From: Chlamydiae bacterium RIFCSPHIGHO2_12_FULL_49_11
GTDB lineage: Bacteria > Chlamydiota > Chlamydiia > Chlamydiales > 2-12-FULL-49-11
DNA: 28,007 nt
NCBI GenBank assembly: GCA_001794905.1
Contig: MGLW01000021.1
Span: 1 to 28,007 of the forward strand
Reading direction: 5' to 3'
Of the stretch, positions 1 through 8,389 are shown in pieces (position 1 is the first letter of the stretch; each line of letters starts with the position of its first letter). A program made the position numbers and the translations under genes. The notes beneath the pieces are model-generated. The model saw only the letters and a list, made by a program, of their open reading frames with translations, was not told the DNA's origin and made no database searches.

Positions 1-201
1 CTCGGTGGCGGGATAGCGCCTAAGCTGGTCAAATTCATACAACGGGAAGAGTTATTTTTTCGCTCTTTTTGCGAAAAGGGGCGGCTTGCCGAATATCTCA
101 AGAAAATTCCCGTATCGGTCATTCTCAATGAAGAAACGGCGCTTGCCGGAGCTCTGCACTATTGCGCAACAAAAAGAAGCTTGCGAAAAAAGGCGGTTTA
201 A
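1..201 (+). CDS. glk: Glucokinase, C-terminal fragment (gene starts upstream of window)
   Basis: Frame 1 translates to LGGGIAPKLVKFIQREELFFRSFCEKGRLAEYLKKIPVSVILNEETALAGALHYCATKRSLRKKAV*, stop TAA 199-201. GGGIAPK...F..KGR...L..IPV.VI....AL.GA is the typical C-terminus of E. coli-type glucokinases. Absent from the ORF track because it is truncated. Confidence 0.88.
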   Translation, partial: LGGGIAPKLVKFIQREELFFRSFCEKGRLAEYLKKIPVSVILNEETALAGALHYCATKRSLRKKAV

Positions 202-252
202 AAAACAATTAGGAGCGTCGAAAGAAAATTTAATACACCGAGAGGTTTAACA

Positions 253-1329
253 ATGAAATATCTAGTGAAAATAGGTGTTCCGCATATTTTAGCCGGGATG
301 TCTTTGTGTGCCGGTCTTATGGCAGATAACAATATGGACTTGAAACCCAATGGCATGAAGGGAGTATCGCTTACTTCCGCATATCCGCAATGTTTGGAAC
401 ACGATGTCAGCTTTAATGTCGGATTTTTGCTCGAGCAAGTGACCATTACGGGATCAAACGTTGCACATGTGACAGATGTTGCTTACAATGGACTTCCTCA
501 GAACGGTTCGGTTCTTCGTCCCAAATTCAATTTGGATTGGGGCCTCGATGTGGGATTGGGATATTATTTGATGCACGATGATTGGAAGGTTCAAGCCCAA
601 TTTGATTGGCTTCAATCAAGCGGATCTATCAACCAAACGGTGAGTACTGCGATCGTTCCTTACGGACAATGGGTCGACCAAATCATTGGCGGCAATGACG
701 GTACCGACTTTGACGGTCTTTCCAACAGCATGAAAGTGAAATATTACGATCTTATCGTACGTCTGAGCCGTTCTTCCTATTTCAGCCAGTGGCTCGCTTT
801 CGAAGCGGGATGGGGTTTGAAGTCGACTTGGATCGATTACACTTCTACAAGCCGATTTACAGGCGGGAGCATCGATACCCTCGCGGCAGAACTTGTCAGA
901 ACACAATCGAGCGATTTTTGGGGAATGGGACCTATGGTTCTTGTCGATACAAAATGGGCTCTTCCGAAAGGTTTTAGCCTTTTCGGGAACTTCAATGCGG
1001 CGATCCTTTTCGGACGCACCAATGCGCAAGATACTCTGATGTATAACAACCAGACGTTCTATTCAACCTTTTTCAAGGACAGCCACTTGATGATGTCGCC
1101 GGCTCTCCGCGCCTTGATCGGGCTCATGTATGACCGTTGCTTGTTTGAAGGGAGACAAAACGTATGTTTGACGTTTGCGTTGGATAGCGCCTACTATTTC
1201 AATCAATTCAATCATATTGAGGTGTTTGAAAATTCTACGGCGACCACCGATATGCCTGAAGTGACCGATGCGGAAAACGGCGGTTACGGCATGTTTGGAT
1301 TCCTCTTCAATATTCAGTGGGATTTCTAA
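253..1329 (+). CDS. Outer-membrane beta-barrel porin, MOMP-like / Lpg1974 family
   Basis: N-terminal signal-like segment, amphipathic beta-strand pattern (PKFNLDWGLDVGLGY, HDDWKVQAQFDW, SDFWGMGPMVLVDTKW, FSLFGNFNAAILFG) and terminal aromatic BAM motif FNIQWDF. RBS-like GAGAGG at 240-245. Confidence 0.8.
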   Translation: MKYLVKIGVPHILAGMSLCAGLMADNNMDLKPNGMKGVSLTSAYPQCLEHDVSFNVGFLLEQVTITGSNVAHVTDVAYNGLPQNGSVLRPKFNLDWGLDVGLGYYLMHDDWKVQAQFDWLQSSGSINQTVSTAIVPYGQWVDQIIGGNDGTDFDGLSNSMKVKYYDLIVRLSRSSYFSQWLAFEAGWGLKSTWIDYTSTSRFTGGSIDTLAAELVRTQSSDFWGMGPMVLVDTKWALPKGFSLFGNFNAAILFGRTNAQDTLMYNNQTFYSTFFKDSHLMMSPALRALIGLMYDRCLFEGRQNVCLTFALDSAYYFNQFNHIEVFENSTATTDMPEVTDAENGGYGMFGFLFNIQWDF

Positions 1330-1342
1330 GTCCATATTTACG

Positions 1343-1372
1343 GGAGCATCGTCACCGGTGCTCCTTTCTTTA
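1343..1372 (+). terminator. Rho-independent terminator of the porin gene
   Basis: Stem GGAGCATCG / CGGTGCTCC (one G-U pair), loop TCAC, followed by TTTCTTT, 13 nt after the stop codon. Confidence 0.8.
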
Positions 1373-1410
1373 AAAATTTCATTATTCCATACGTCTAGTT
1401 GTCTTTAAAG

Positions 1411-1439
1411 TAGCCGATTACATCTCGTTTTTGTATACT
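1411..1439 (+). promoter_or_regulatory. Candidate sigma66/sigma70 promoter for the 1451-4603 operon
   Basis: TAGCCG (1411-1416), 17-nt spacer, TATACT (1434-1439), 11 nt before ATG 1451. Confidence 0.4.
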
Positions 1440-1450
1440 ACCTAACAATT

Positions 1451-2791
1451 ATGTACTCGGTATCATTGGTGAATTCCCCCAAAGGGGTGGAAATTTGTCT
1501 GGCGGCAAAAGATAAAGGCCAAATTCAAATTTTGCTGACGCACACCTCTCCCGCTGAAAGGTTTTCGAGCGAGTGGCTTTGGGGACTCCTGGCAGAATGT
1601 ATCGAAAACCCCGAAGAAAAAGCGTCTGTGATTACAACCCTTTCCCAAGAAAAGGTATATCTTAAACAGTGGAAGTTCCCGAAGGTTCGCTTTTATCACG
1701 TTAAGAAATTGATCCAGAATCAAATCGAAGCTTTTATCCCTTCTTTTGAAGAAAAGATGATGACGCATTTTGCCACCGCAAGGCGGCAAAAAGAAGTGCA
1801 TGTCATCGCTGAGACGGCGCGCAAAAGTTCCATGAGGGCCCATATGAGCGGTTGGAAAAAGGCCGGGTTTGTGCCGCAGGAAGTGTATTCGGAAGCGCTT
1901 GCCCTTTTCCGTTTTATGGAGGAAAAGCGCGGCACAATTTCCGACTATTTGATTTTGTTCCGGTCGCAGAATAAACTCCTTGCTGTGGGGGTAGTCTCCG
2001 GCTGTCCTCTTTTTGCGTTCACCCAGTTTGTACAAGACGATAGTAGCGTTGAGGAAAAATGGATGAAAATCGTCGATTATTTGAAAAGTAAGGAGCTCAG
2101 TCATATCCTGAAATCCGTTTTTGTTGTGGGGAAGATTCCCCCTCTTGCCCGGATGCAGGTGATTGAAAGGGTGGACGAGCCTTATGTCATCGCAACGGGC
2201 CTTGTCATCAATACCCTGAAAAACGATCCCCTCACGATGTCCTTTTTGGAGCCGTTCCTGGCCGATGCCGGGGGGCCGGCAGGCCGCCTGAAAATGTTCA
2301 AAAAAGGCATCGCCCTCTCTTTTGCCTTGTCGGCGATGGTGTTTTATCTGCAAACGGGAATTTTCCATCAGAAATACCGGCTGCTTTCGGAGAAATACGA
2401 TGGTTTTCTTGCGAAGACCGGGTCAAAGGAAAAATCGGATGTAAAACGGATGAGTCCCGATGACTTGGAAAGGACGCTTCCTTCGAAAATGTTGGAAGGG
2501 ACGAAAAAATTGGCTGCCGAAGAGAAAATTTTTCATTCGCTTCACCTCAAGCCGATTCTTGCCTCGCTTTTCTCCTTGCAGGCAAAATATGGGGTTACTC
2601 TTAAAAAATTGGATTACCTTGCTGACGGGACGGATCGAATTGAACTCGAAATTGAAAATACCGACGATGCGTCGGCCTGTGATTTTTTGAATGAACTTGA
2701 AAAAGTGTGGAAAACACAAAAATGGAATCAACGTGATAAAAGAAATAGGGAAGAAGATACAATCACGATATCTTTTACTCCGGCAGAATAG
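1451..2791 (+). CDS. Bitopic membrane protein, GspL / PilM-PilN-like; conserved chlamydial hypothetical
   Basis: About 280-aa cytoplasmic N-domain with GspL-like pattern (LSQEKVYLKQWKFP...IQNQIEAFIP...GFVPQEVYSEALALFRF), one TM (GIALSFALSAMVFYL), then a helical region and a small alpha/beta C-domain. Confidence 0.55.
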   Translation: MYSVSLVNSPKGVEICLAAKDKGQIQILLTHTSPAERFSSEWLWGLLAECIENPEEKASVITTLSQEKVYLKQWKFPKVRFYHVKKLIQNQIEAFIPSFEEKMMTHFATARRQKEVHVIAETARKSSMRAHMSGWKKAGFVPQEVYSEALALFRFMEEKRGTISDYLILFRSQNKLLAVGVVSGCPLFAFTQFVQDDSSVEEKWMKIVDYLKSKELSHILKSVFVVGKIPPLARMQVIERVDEPYVIATGLVINTLKNDPLTMSFLEPFLADAGGPAGRLKMFKKGIALSFALSAMVFYLQTGIFHQKYRLLSEKYDGFLAKTGSKEKSDVKRMSPDDLERTLPSKMLEGTKKLAAEEKIFHSLHLKPILASLFSLQAKYGVTLKKLDYLADGTDRIELEIENTDDASACDFLNELEKVWKTQKWNQRDKRNREEDTITISFTPAE

Positions 2792-3347
2792 AAACCTTAT
2801 AAAGGTTCACATCCGCGCCCGCCGAATATTTTTGAACGGTCGGGTACTGATTCCCCTTTCCCTTGTCGTTATCTTCGCGCCATGGATTGCCGTGGGCGCA
2901 TACTTTGCCCATGCGGCATGGAAAATCGAGAGGATCCAAAAAAATCTTGAAAAAGCGGAGCTTACCATGCCGGGCCTTTTTGCCTCTTCCGAGGCGCGCT
3001 TTGATCCGGCAGCGCTCACACGCATGGAATTAATGGGGCAAGAAGCTGCTACCCTGAAACACAGGCCGGAACTGTCTCTCTTGTGCGGCGACCGGGCGGA
3101 AAAGTTGAAAAAGAACAAAATTGCATTTACAAAGCCTCAAAAGGTTTATACAATGGGGGTCCCAATATGGAAGTATGTGTTGGAAAGTCCTGTGGAAGTG
3201 TCGGTAAAAGATCTTTTTGAAATCATTTCTTTGGTAGAAACTAAGGAGCAGCGCAGCCGGAGTTGTTTCTTACATTTTTCCATGACCGGGATGGAAGCGG
3301 GTCCTTATTTTTTGCTGAATTTTACAATACGGGAGAAGAGTGAATGA
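2691..3347 (+). CDS. Bitopic membrane protein, possibly GspM/PilO-like; true start probably later (e.g. TTG 2832)
   Basis: Single N-proximal TM (VLIPLSLVVIFAPWIAVGAYFA), coiled-coil stretch, alpha/beta C-domain. ATGA overlap with the next gene. The 100-nt overlap with the upstream gene suggests the ORF-track start is too early. Confidence 0.6.
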   Translation: MNLKKCGKHKNGINVIKEIGKKIQSRYLLLRQNRNLIKVHIRARRIFLNGRVLIPLSLVVIFAPWIAVGAYFAHAAWKIERIQKNLEKAELTMPGLFASSEARFDPAALTRMELMGQEAATLKHRPELSLLCGDRAEKLKKNKIAFTKPQKVYTMGVPIWKYVLESPVEVSVKDLFEIISLVETKEQRSRSCFLHFSMTGMEAGPYFLLNFTIREKSE

Positions 3348-4603
3348 GACTCGTATTTTTTATATGGTGCGCCCTTGTCTGCGTCTCTTGCGATCATAGC
3401 TCGAGTGAAAACAAGGTTGTTTCGATGCAGCTTATCGATCGCAGTGGCTCCGTGCAAACCCTCAACCAGGAAGGGAAAGTGCGCCGTTTTGACACGGCCG
3501 ACTTTCTTGCGGCCCAGCCTTATCAGAAAGTGACCCGTACGTACGGTCGCGATAAAGAGGGGAAGATGAAAAGCATCATCACCACCTATCACGAAAACGG
3601 ACAGGTTTTTCAATATTTGGAAACGGTCAACGGACGTGCATGCGGGACTTACCGCGAGTGGCATCCGGCCGGGGGCGTGAGGATGCTAGCCAAAGTGATT
3701 GCCGGAGTGGGAGATGTGACACCGGAGGCTCAAAAGACCTGGATTTTCGATTCCAAAAGCCTTGTGTGGGATGAGGAAGGGAAAATCATTGCCGAGTTCC
3801 TCTACGATAAAGGGCTGCTTTCGGGGAAAGCTTTGTATTTCCATAAAAACGGCAAAATTGCAAAAGAAATCCCGTACGATAAGGATTTGATCAAAGGGGC
3901 CATCCAATTGTTTGACGAAGAGGGGAACCTTCTTGGCCAGACCCAGTTCAAGGAAGGGAAGAAGGACGGTTTTTCCTATTTTCTCGGCAATGTGCATCTG
4001 CCGAAGCGGGAAGAAAAGTACGAATCGGGAAAACTGCTTTCCGGTGTCTACTGGAATTTTGACGGGTCGATCATGCGCGAGATTGTGGACGGCTGCGGGT
4101 TCAAACCGGTTTTTGAAAAAGGGATTTTGAAAAAAGAGTGTGAGTATCGGGATGGGGTGCCGGAAGGGGAAATCAAAGTATATCGCGCAAATGGCCGCCT
4201 GGAAACTAGGCATATCGAGAAAAACGGCGAGAAAGAGGGGGCCGAGTGGTTCTATTACGACGTAGCGCAGGAAGAAGACCATCCCAAATTGCAAATTACC
4301 TGGAAAGAAGATGCCATTACCGGCATCGTGCGCACATGGCATCCAAATAAACAACTCCAGTCGGAGCGTGAAATGGTCGACAATCAAAGGAACGGCCTTT
4401 CCATTGCCTGGTATGAAGACGGCGGTCTCATGTACGTAGAAGATTACCAGAAAGACAAGTTGATGAGCGGCCGGTATTACCAAAAAGGGAGCGACGTTCC
4501 GATTTCGAAAATCCACAACGGGGACGGCACCGCAACAATTTATGACGCGCAGGGCCGTTTTGAGCGGAAAATCGAGTACCACAAAAGCGAACCTGTCGAT
4601 TGA
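3344..4603 (+). CDS. MORN-variant repeat lipoprotein (YwqK-like family)
   Basis: Lipobox-like ALVCVSC and many MORN_2-type repeats (YHENGQ, YREWHPAG, YFHKNGK, YRANGRL, TWHPNKQL, WYEDGGL). Confidence 0.85.
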   Translation: MRLVFFIWCALVCVSCDHSSSENKVVSMQLIDRSGSVQTLNQEGKVRRFDTADFLAAQPYQKVTRTYGRDKEGKMKSIITTYHENGQVFQYLETVNGRACGTYREWHPAGGVRMLAKVIAGVGDVTPEAQKTWIFDSKSLVWDEEGKIIAEFLYDKGLLSGKALYFHKNGKIAKEIPYDKDLIKGAIQLFDEEGNLLGQTQFKEGKKDGFSYFLGNVHLPKREEKYESGKLLSGVYWNFDGSIMREIVDGCGFKPVFEKGILKKECEYRDGVPEGEIKVYRANGRLETRHIEKNGEKEGAEWFYYDVAQEEDHPKLQITWKEDAITGIVRTWHPNKQLQSEREMVDNQRNGLSIAWYEDGGLMYVEDYQKDKLMSGRYYQKGSDVPISKIHNGDGTATIYDAQGRFERKIEYHKSEPVD

Positions 4604-4635
4604 AACCTATTGCATTATAGTCTATATAAAGAATC

Positions 4636-5181
4636 ATGAGAGTCCGGGTTTTATTTCTTTTCCTTTTTTGCGCCGTCGGTAATGCCGCTTCCCATATTTC
4701 GGTCGGTTATTTTGATAAAACCCTGTATGCCGGCCGCACTCCTAAGATGCCGATCGAAATGCTTGAGCCTGCGAAGAGTTACGAACGGGGAGGGTTTCTC
4801 ATGGCTAAATCTTCCGTGGGCGAGTTCCTATTTCTCCACATCAATGGCGGTGGCAATTATGGTTACTGGAAAGAGGCAAATCGCACCACGCAAACAACTT
4901 CCTCCTTTCTCTCCTTAGAAGTCCCGATTCTATCCCTCTTCGGGGTGAGGCTTTTTCTTGAAGGGAGCATTTTTGGGCCAAGTTATCTCTTTGAAAAAAG
5001 AGATAAAATTTCCCAGAAGCGGTTTGCCTACCAGCAATTTTTGACCCTTGGCCTTTCTATCGGCCGTATGCAAGGGCTTACTCTAGAACTGAGCATTTTC
5101 CAATATACCGGCATGCAAAACATCTTTGACGATTCTCTTCTCACCACGCCGCTTCTTCTCTCTACCGGCATCACCTTTTAG
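4636..5181 (+). CDS. Small outer-membrane beta-barrel, PagL / acyloxyacyl hydrolase-like, with altered catalytic motif
   Basis: Signal peptide, 181 aa, FLEGSIFGPSYL, FAYQQFLTLGL, C-terminal PLLLSTGITF. The position expected for HxSN reads QYTG. Confidence 0.55.
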   Translation: MRVRVLFLFLFCAVGNAASHISVGYFDKTLYAGRTPKMPIEMLEPAKSYERGGFLMAKSSVGEFLFLHINGGGNYGYWKEANRTTQTTSSFLSLEVPILSLFGVRLFLEGSIFGPSYLFEKRDKISQKRFAYQQFLTLGLSIGRMQGLTLELSIFQYTGMQNIFDDSLLTTPLLLSTGITF

Positions 5182-5192
5182 TTTTATCGGTA

Positions 5193-5723
5193 TTAGTTGT
5201 TGCCGTCGTATTCGTGGAAGGGGCTGCCGCCGTCGTTCACCCACGGGTCGCCGTAGTCATTTTGCCAGTCTTCTTCTCTTTCTTTTTGGAGAAGTTCTTT
5301 TTCGGTTTTATCGGAGGGTTTCTTTTTTTTCACGACGCAAGTCTTGGAACCGGTGGGGCTGCCCATCGCGTTGACGGTGGCTCCCGGTCCGATGCCGGTC
5401 CAAACGCCGAAGGAAGAGGCATAGTCGGGCGGCTTTTTCTCCCCTTCTTCCTGTGGGGCCGTATTGTAATCATAGGGTCGGTCTTCGGTATTGCATATCC
5501 ACACTACGGTAAAAGGGGTGTACGTTGCATTCGGGGCAGGATTGAAAGGGTTTTCTCCGATCGTCCAAATGTAGGTGCCTGCGGGTTCAAGCGCTTTCTC
5601 AAAGGAAAAAACTCCGCGGATATCGTAAATGGCAGCGATGAGCGGATACTTCGAGTCGTTCACAAGCGAAATGCTTGCCGAAAAGAGAGAAATTCGGAAA
5701 AACAAGAGGAGCGCTGTTTTCAT
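5193..5723 (-). CDS. Secreted hypothetical protein with charged C-terminal tail
   Basis: Signal peptide (MKTALLLFFRISLFSA), beta-rich body with two Cys, Lys/Glu/Asp-rich tail. ATGA overlap with the oppA stop indicates translational coupling. Confidence 0.75.
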   Translation of the reverse strand: MKTALLLFFRISLFSASISLVNDSKYPLIAAIYDIRGVFSFEKALEPAGTYIWTIGENPFNPAPNATYTPFTVVWICNTEDRPYDYNTAPQEEGEKKPPDYASSFGVWTGIGPGATVNAMGSPTGSKTCVVKKKKPSDKTEKELLQKEREEDWQNDYGDPWVNDGGSPFHEYDGNN

Positions 5724-7255
5724 TTTTTAAAGTAGGCGTTTTTGAAGTAAACACGACCGAGTTCGTCGATCAGGATTCCTTCTAGTTTGCTGTTTTTGGA
5801 ATACGAGCGGGTGCCGAAAAAGAGGGGGATGACGGGCATTTCTTTCAGCAAAATTTCTTCGGCGGCACGGAAAATCTCGATGCGCTCTTCCGGAAGCTCC
5901 CGATTACTGCGATCGAGAAGTTCGGTGTAGGTTTTATTTTCCCAACCCGTGTTGTTGTTGCCCGTTCCTTTACTCTTGAAGATTTCGAGGAAACTCGACG
6001 GATCGTCATAATCGGCCACCCATGAGCTGAGCACAAGTTGAAAATCTTGTTTCGCAACGCGGTCGTAATAGCTTTTTCCTTCAAGCGGTTCTAAACGGAC
6101 ATCGAGACCCAGCTTTTTCTTCCACGCTTCCTGCAACGTTTGCGCAATGAGATTATTTCTTTCATTCATAAAATAGGTGAGGTAAAGCGGCCCTTCGAGC
6201 AAAGACTCGTTTGTGATTTTTTCTATAAAAGAAAACGGTTTATTTTCTTTTTTTGGAACGAAAGAGTAAGCGGGTTTTTGGTTGGCAAGGCAAATTTGTT
6301 GAACGAGTTCTTCCCGCGAGAATGCAGAGGCTAAAAGCAAACGGAAATCGGGTTGATCCAGCCGCGGCAAGTTGGTGTTGATCCGCAGAAAACGCACTTC
6401 CAGTACGTCTTTGGTTTCTAGTTTGTTGCGTTTTTTCAAATCTTCAAGGACGGCAAGGGGAATGTACGAAAAAGGGGAACCGATCAAATCCATATCGCCA
6501 TTTTCGAACATTTTCCATTCGGTATCTTCGTCTACCATGATAAAGTGCAATTGCTCCAGTGCGACATGATCTTTATCCCAATAAAACGGGTTTTTTTCCA
6601 GTTCGATCAAGTTGTCGTGAATCCAATTCTGGAGAACAAAAGGACCGGATGAGATGTAAGAGGAAGTTCGGGTAGCCCATTTTTCGTTTTGTTTGTCGAT
6701 GCCATGATAGATGGGAAAATAGACGGGCGAGGCAAGAAGTTTGAGAAAATATGGAACCGGCTCTTCCAGTTCGATTGAAAAGCTGACGTCGTCGATTTCC
6801 TTAATTCCGAGAAGGTAGGACGGAAGAAGGCCCATTTTGATTTTCTTCGCATTTTTAATGGGGAAAAGCAATGCGGTATTATTGCTGCTAAAGCCGGGGC
6901 TTAGAGTGGTTTTATAAGAGTAGACGAAGTCTTTGGCACGAATCGGTTCTCCGTTGGACCATTTTGCATCTCGCAGGTGAAAAGTGAATGTTTTCCGGTC
7001 GCTTGACACTTCGTATTTTTCAGAAAGGGCCGGTTTAAGAGAACCCCCTTCCTCAAGATGAAACAGTCCTTCCTGCAGTTGCAAGATGATATTGATATCG
7101 GCCATGTCTCTTGCCTTTCGCGGGTCAAGAGTTTCCGGGTTGGTAACGACGTTGGTACAGAGCACTTTTTTCACGCCGCCGCTTTTTTGATGGGAGCCGG
7201 TCCCACACCCGAAAATGGCAAAAAGAAAAAAACAGATTGCGATATTTTGTCTCAT
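5720..7255 (-). CDS. oppA: Oligopeptide ABC transporter substrate-binding lipoprotein (SBP family 5)
   Basis: Lipobox AIFGC, with motifs PETLDPR, LQEGL, TFTFHLRDAKWSNGEPIRAKDFVYS, SSGPFVL, LEKNPFYWD, WVADYDDPSSFL and NNTGWEN. Confidence 0.93.
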   Translation of the reverse strand: MRQNIAICFFLFAIFGCGTGSHQKSGGVKKVLCTNVVTNPETLDPRKARDMADINIILQLQEGLFHLEEGGSLKPALSEKYEVSSDRKTFTFHLRDAKWSNGEPIRAKDFVYSYKTTLSPGFSSNNTALLFPIKNAKKIKMGLLPSYLLGIKEIDDVSFSIELEEPVPYFLKLLASPVYFPIYHGIDKQNEKWATRTSSYISSGPFVLQNWIHDNLIELEKNPFYWDKDHVALEQLHFIMVDEDTEWKMFENGDMDLIGSPFSYIPLAVLEDLKKRNKLETKDVLEVRFLRINTNLPRLDQPDFRLLLASAFSREELVQQICLANQKPAYSFVPKKENKPFSFIEKITNESLLEGPLYLTYFMNERNNLIAQTLQEAWKKKLGLDVRLEPLEGKSYYDRVAKQDFQLVLSSWVADYDDPSSFLEIFKSKGTGNNNTGWENKTYTELLDRSNRELPEERIEIFRAAEEILLKEMPVIPLFFGTRSYSKNSKLEGILIDELGRVYFKNAYFKK

Positions 7256-7299
7256 ACACCTTTAAAAAATAGAAACATGGTATTAAAATTGCAAATACT

Positions 7300-7959
7300 A
7301 TGTTCATCTACGCAAAGAAATCGGCTCCCATTTTTTCCGATCCCGATTTTCCGCGCTATTTTCAGGGGGATTTGCCCCTCGATCAGGGGATGCATCTCCG
7401 CTTGCTCGAATGGATCGCCCTTCCCGGCGAAACCTTTGAAAGGGTGGGGCAGGAGGGAGATATTGTACTCGTCCGTACAAAAAGGTATCCGAAAGAGCTT
7501 CTCTATTCGCATTCCCTTTTTTTCGAGGAAGGGGAAGGAAAGCAAGTACAGAAAAACAAGAAGGAGATACTGGAAGCACTGAAATACTATCCTCGCCTCT
7601 TTTACCTTTGGGGAGGCAACACCCGCGCCCCCGTCTTCGATCTTTTTTTTCTGTATCAGACAAAGCTGTGTGATCGGAAATCGTTTTTTCATCTGACTTT
7701 TCAGGGGGTCGATTGTTCGGGAATACTGTACGACGCGGCGTGCGGCATGACTCCACGCAACACTCACGAGCTACTCGATTTCGGCACCGAGGTGAAAACC
7801 CTCCGCCCTCTCGATCTCGTCACCTTACCGGGGCATGTTCTCATCGCGCTCGATGAAAATACGCTGATCGAAAGCAGGCATTTGACGGGGGTAATCAGGC
7901 GTCCTGCAAGAGAGAGATTGAATGAACTCACGGATTTTCAGTATCGTCGCTGGCTTTAA
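7300..7959 (+). CDS. NlpC/P60 family cysteine peptidase without signal peptide (YkfC-like)
   Basis: YLWGG, GVDCSG (catalytic Cys), PRNT, DLV, GHV (catalytic His) and IES. The N-terminal region is SH3b-like. Confidence 0.85.
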   Translation: MFIYAKKSAPIFSDPDFPRYFQGDLPLDQGMHLRLLEWIALPGETFERVGQEGDIVLVRTKRYPKELLYSHSLFFEEGEGKQVQKNKKEILEALKYYPRLFYLWGGNTRAPVFDLFFLYQTKLCDRKSFFHLTFQGVDCSGILYDAACGMTPRNTHELLDFGTEVKTLRPLDLVTLPGHVLIALDENTLIESRHLTGVIRRPARERLNELTDFQYRRWL

Positions 7960-8389
7960 AAATGTTGAGATACCGGTGGATATCACGTTCGATTGCCGGT
8001 TTTTCATGCAGGGAATCCTTGCTTTTTTTTGTGCATATGAGAAGAAACCGGGAAATAGAGAGAGTTTTAATGTATTTACGCTGCGCCTCTTGAATCACCC
8101 AGCGGTCATTGCTGCAAATGGTATATTGCTCCGGTTTTTTATTACGGAGCCACTCGAAAATAAACCTGTCGGCACAGGTGTCGAAAGGAGCGAAAATGAT
8201 TTCGATATGTTCAAGTTCCCGGACGCGGGGGAGATCGTTTTGGGGAAACTCTTTCCGGTCGAAGATGAATGTGGCCCGGATGGAATTTTGTTTTAGCATC
8301 AGGTCGATTTCGAGAAGGAACGATTCAAACCGTTCCATCGAATCGTACAGATGGAAAAATAGATTGTAGCCGTCGATCAGGTAACACAA
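7928..8389 (-). CDS. NYN/PIN-domain ribonuclease, YacP/Rae1-like
   Basis: YLIDGYNL, FIFD, CADRFI and CSNDR supply the conserved acidic residues of NYN_YacP. Confidence 0.85.
   Translation of the reverse strand: MCYLIDGYNLFFHLYDSMERFESFLLEIDLMLKQNSIRATFIFDRKEFPQNDLPRVRELEHIEIIFAPFDTCADRFIFEWLRNKKPEQYTICSNDRWVIQEAQRKYIKTLSISRFLLICTKKSKDSLHEKPAIERDIHRYLNIFKASDDTENP

Noticed and set aside
181-209. Possible porin promoter TTGCGA-N17-AACAAT
   Set aside because: The -10 lacks the conserved first T; too weak to call.
1463-4582. Long minus-strand ORFs 1463-2368 and 3686-4582
   Set aside because: Antisense shadows of well-supported plus-strand genes.
3344-4603. Toxin-antitoxin system suggested by the YwqK-like annotation
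   Set aside because: No adjacent toxin. The protein is a lipoprotein, and MORN repeats alone do not imply an antitoxin.
7058-7767. ORFs 7058-7582 (+), 7252-7767 (-) and 7304-7756 (-)
   Set aside because: They conflict with oppA and the motif-bearing NlpC/P60 gene. The ATGA overlap of 7252-7767 with oppA looks coincidental.
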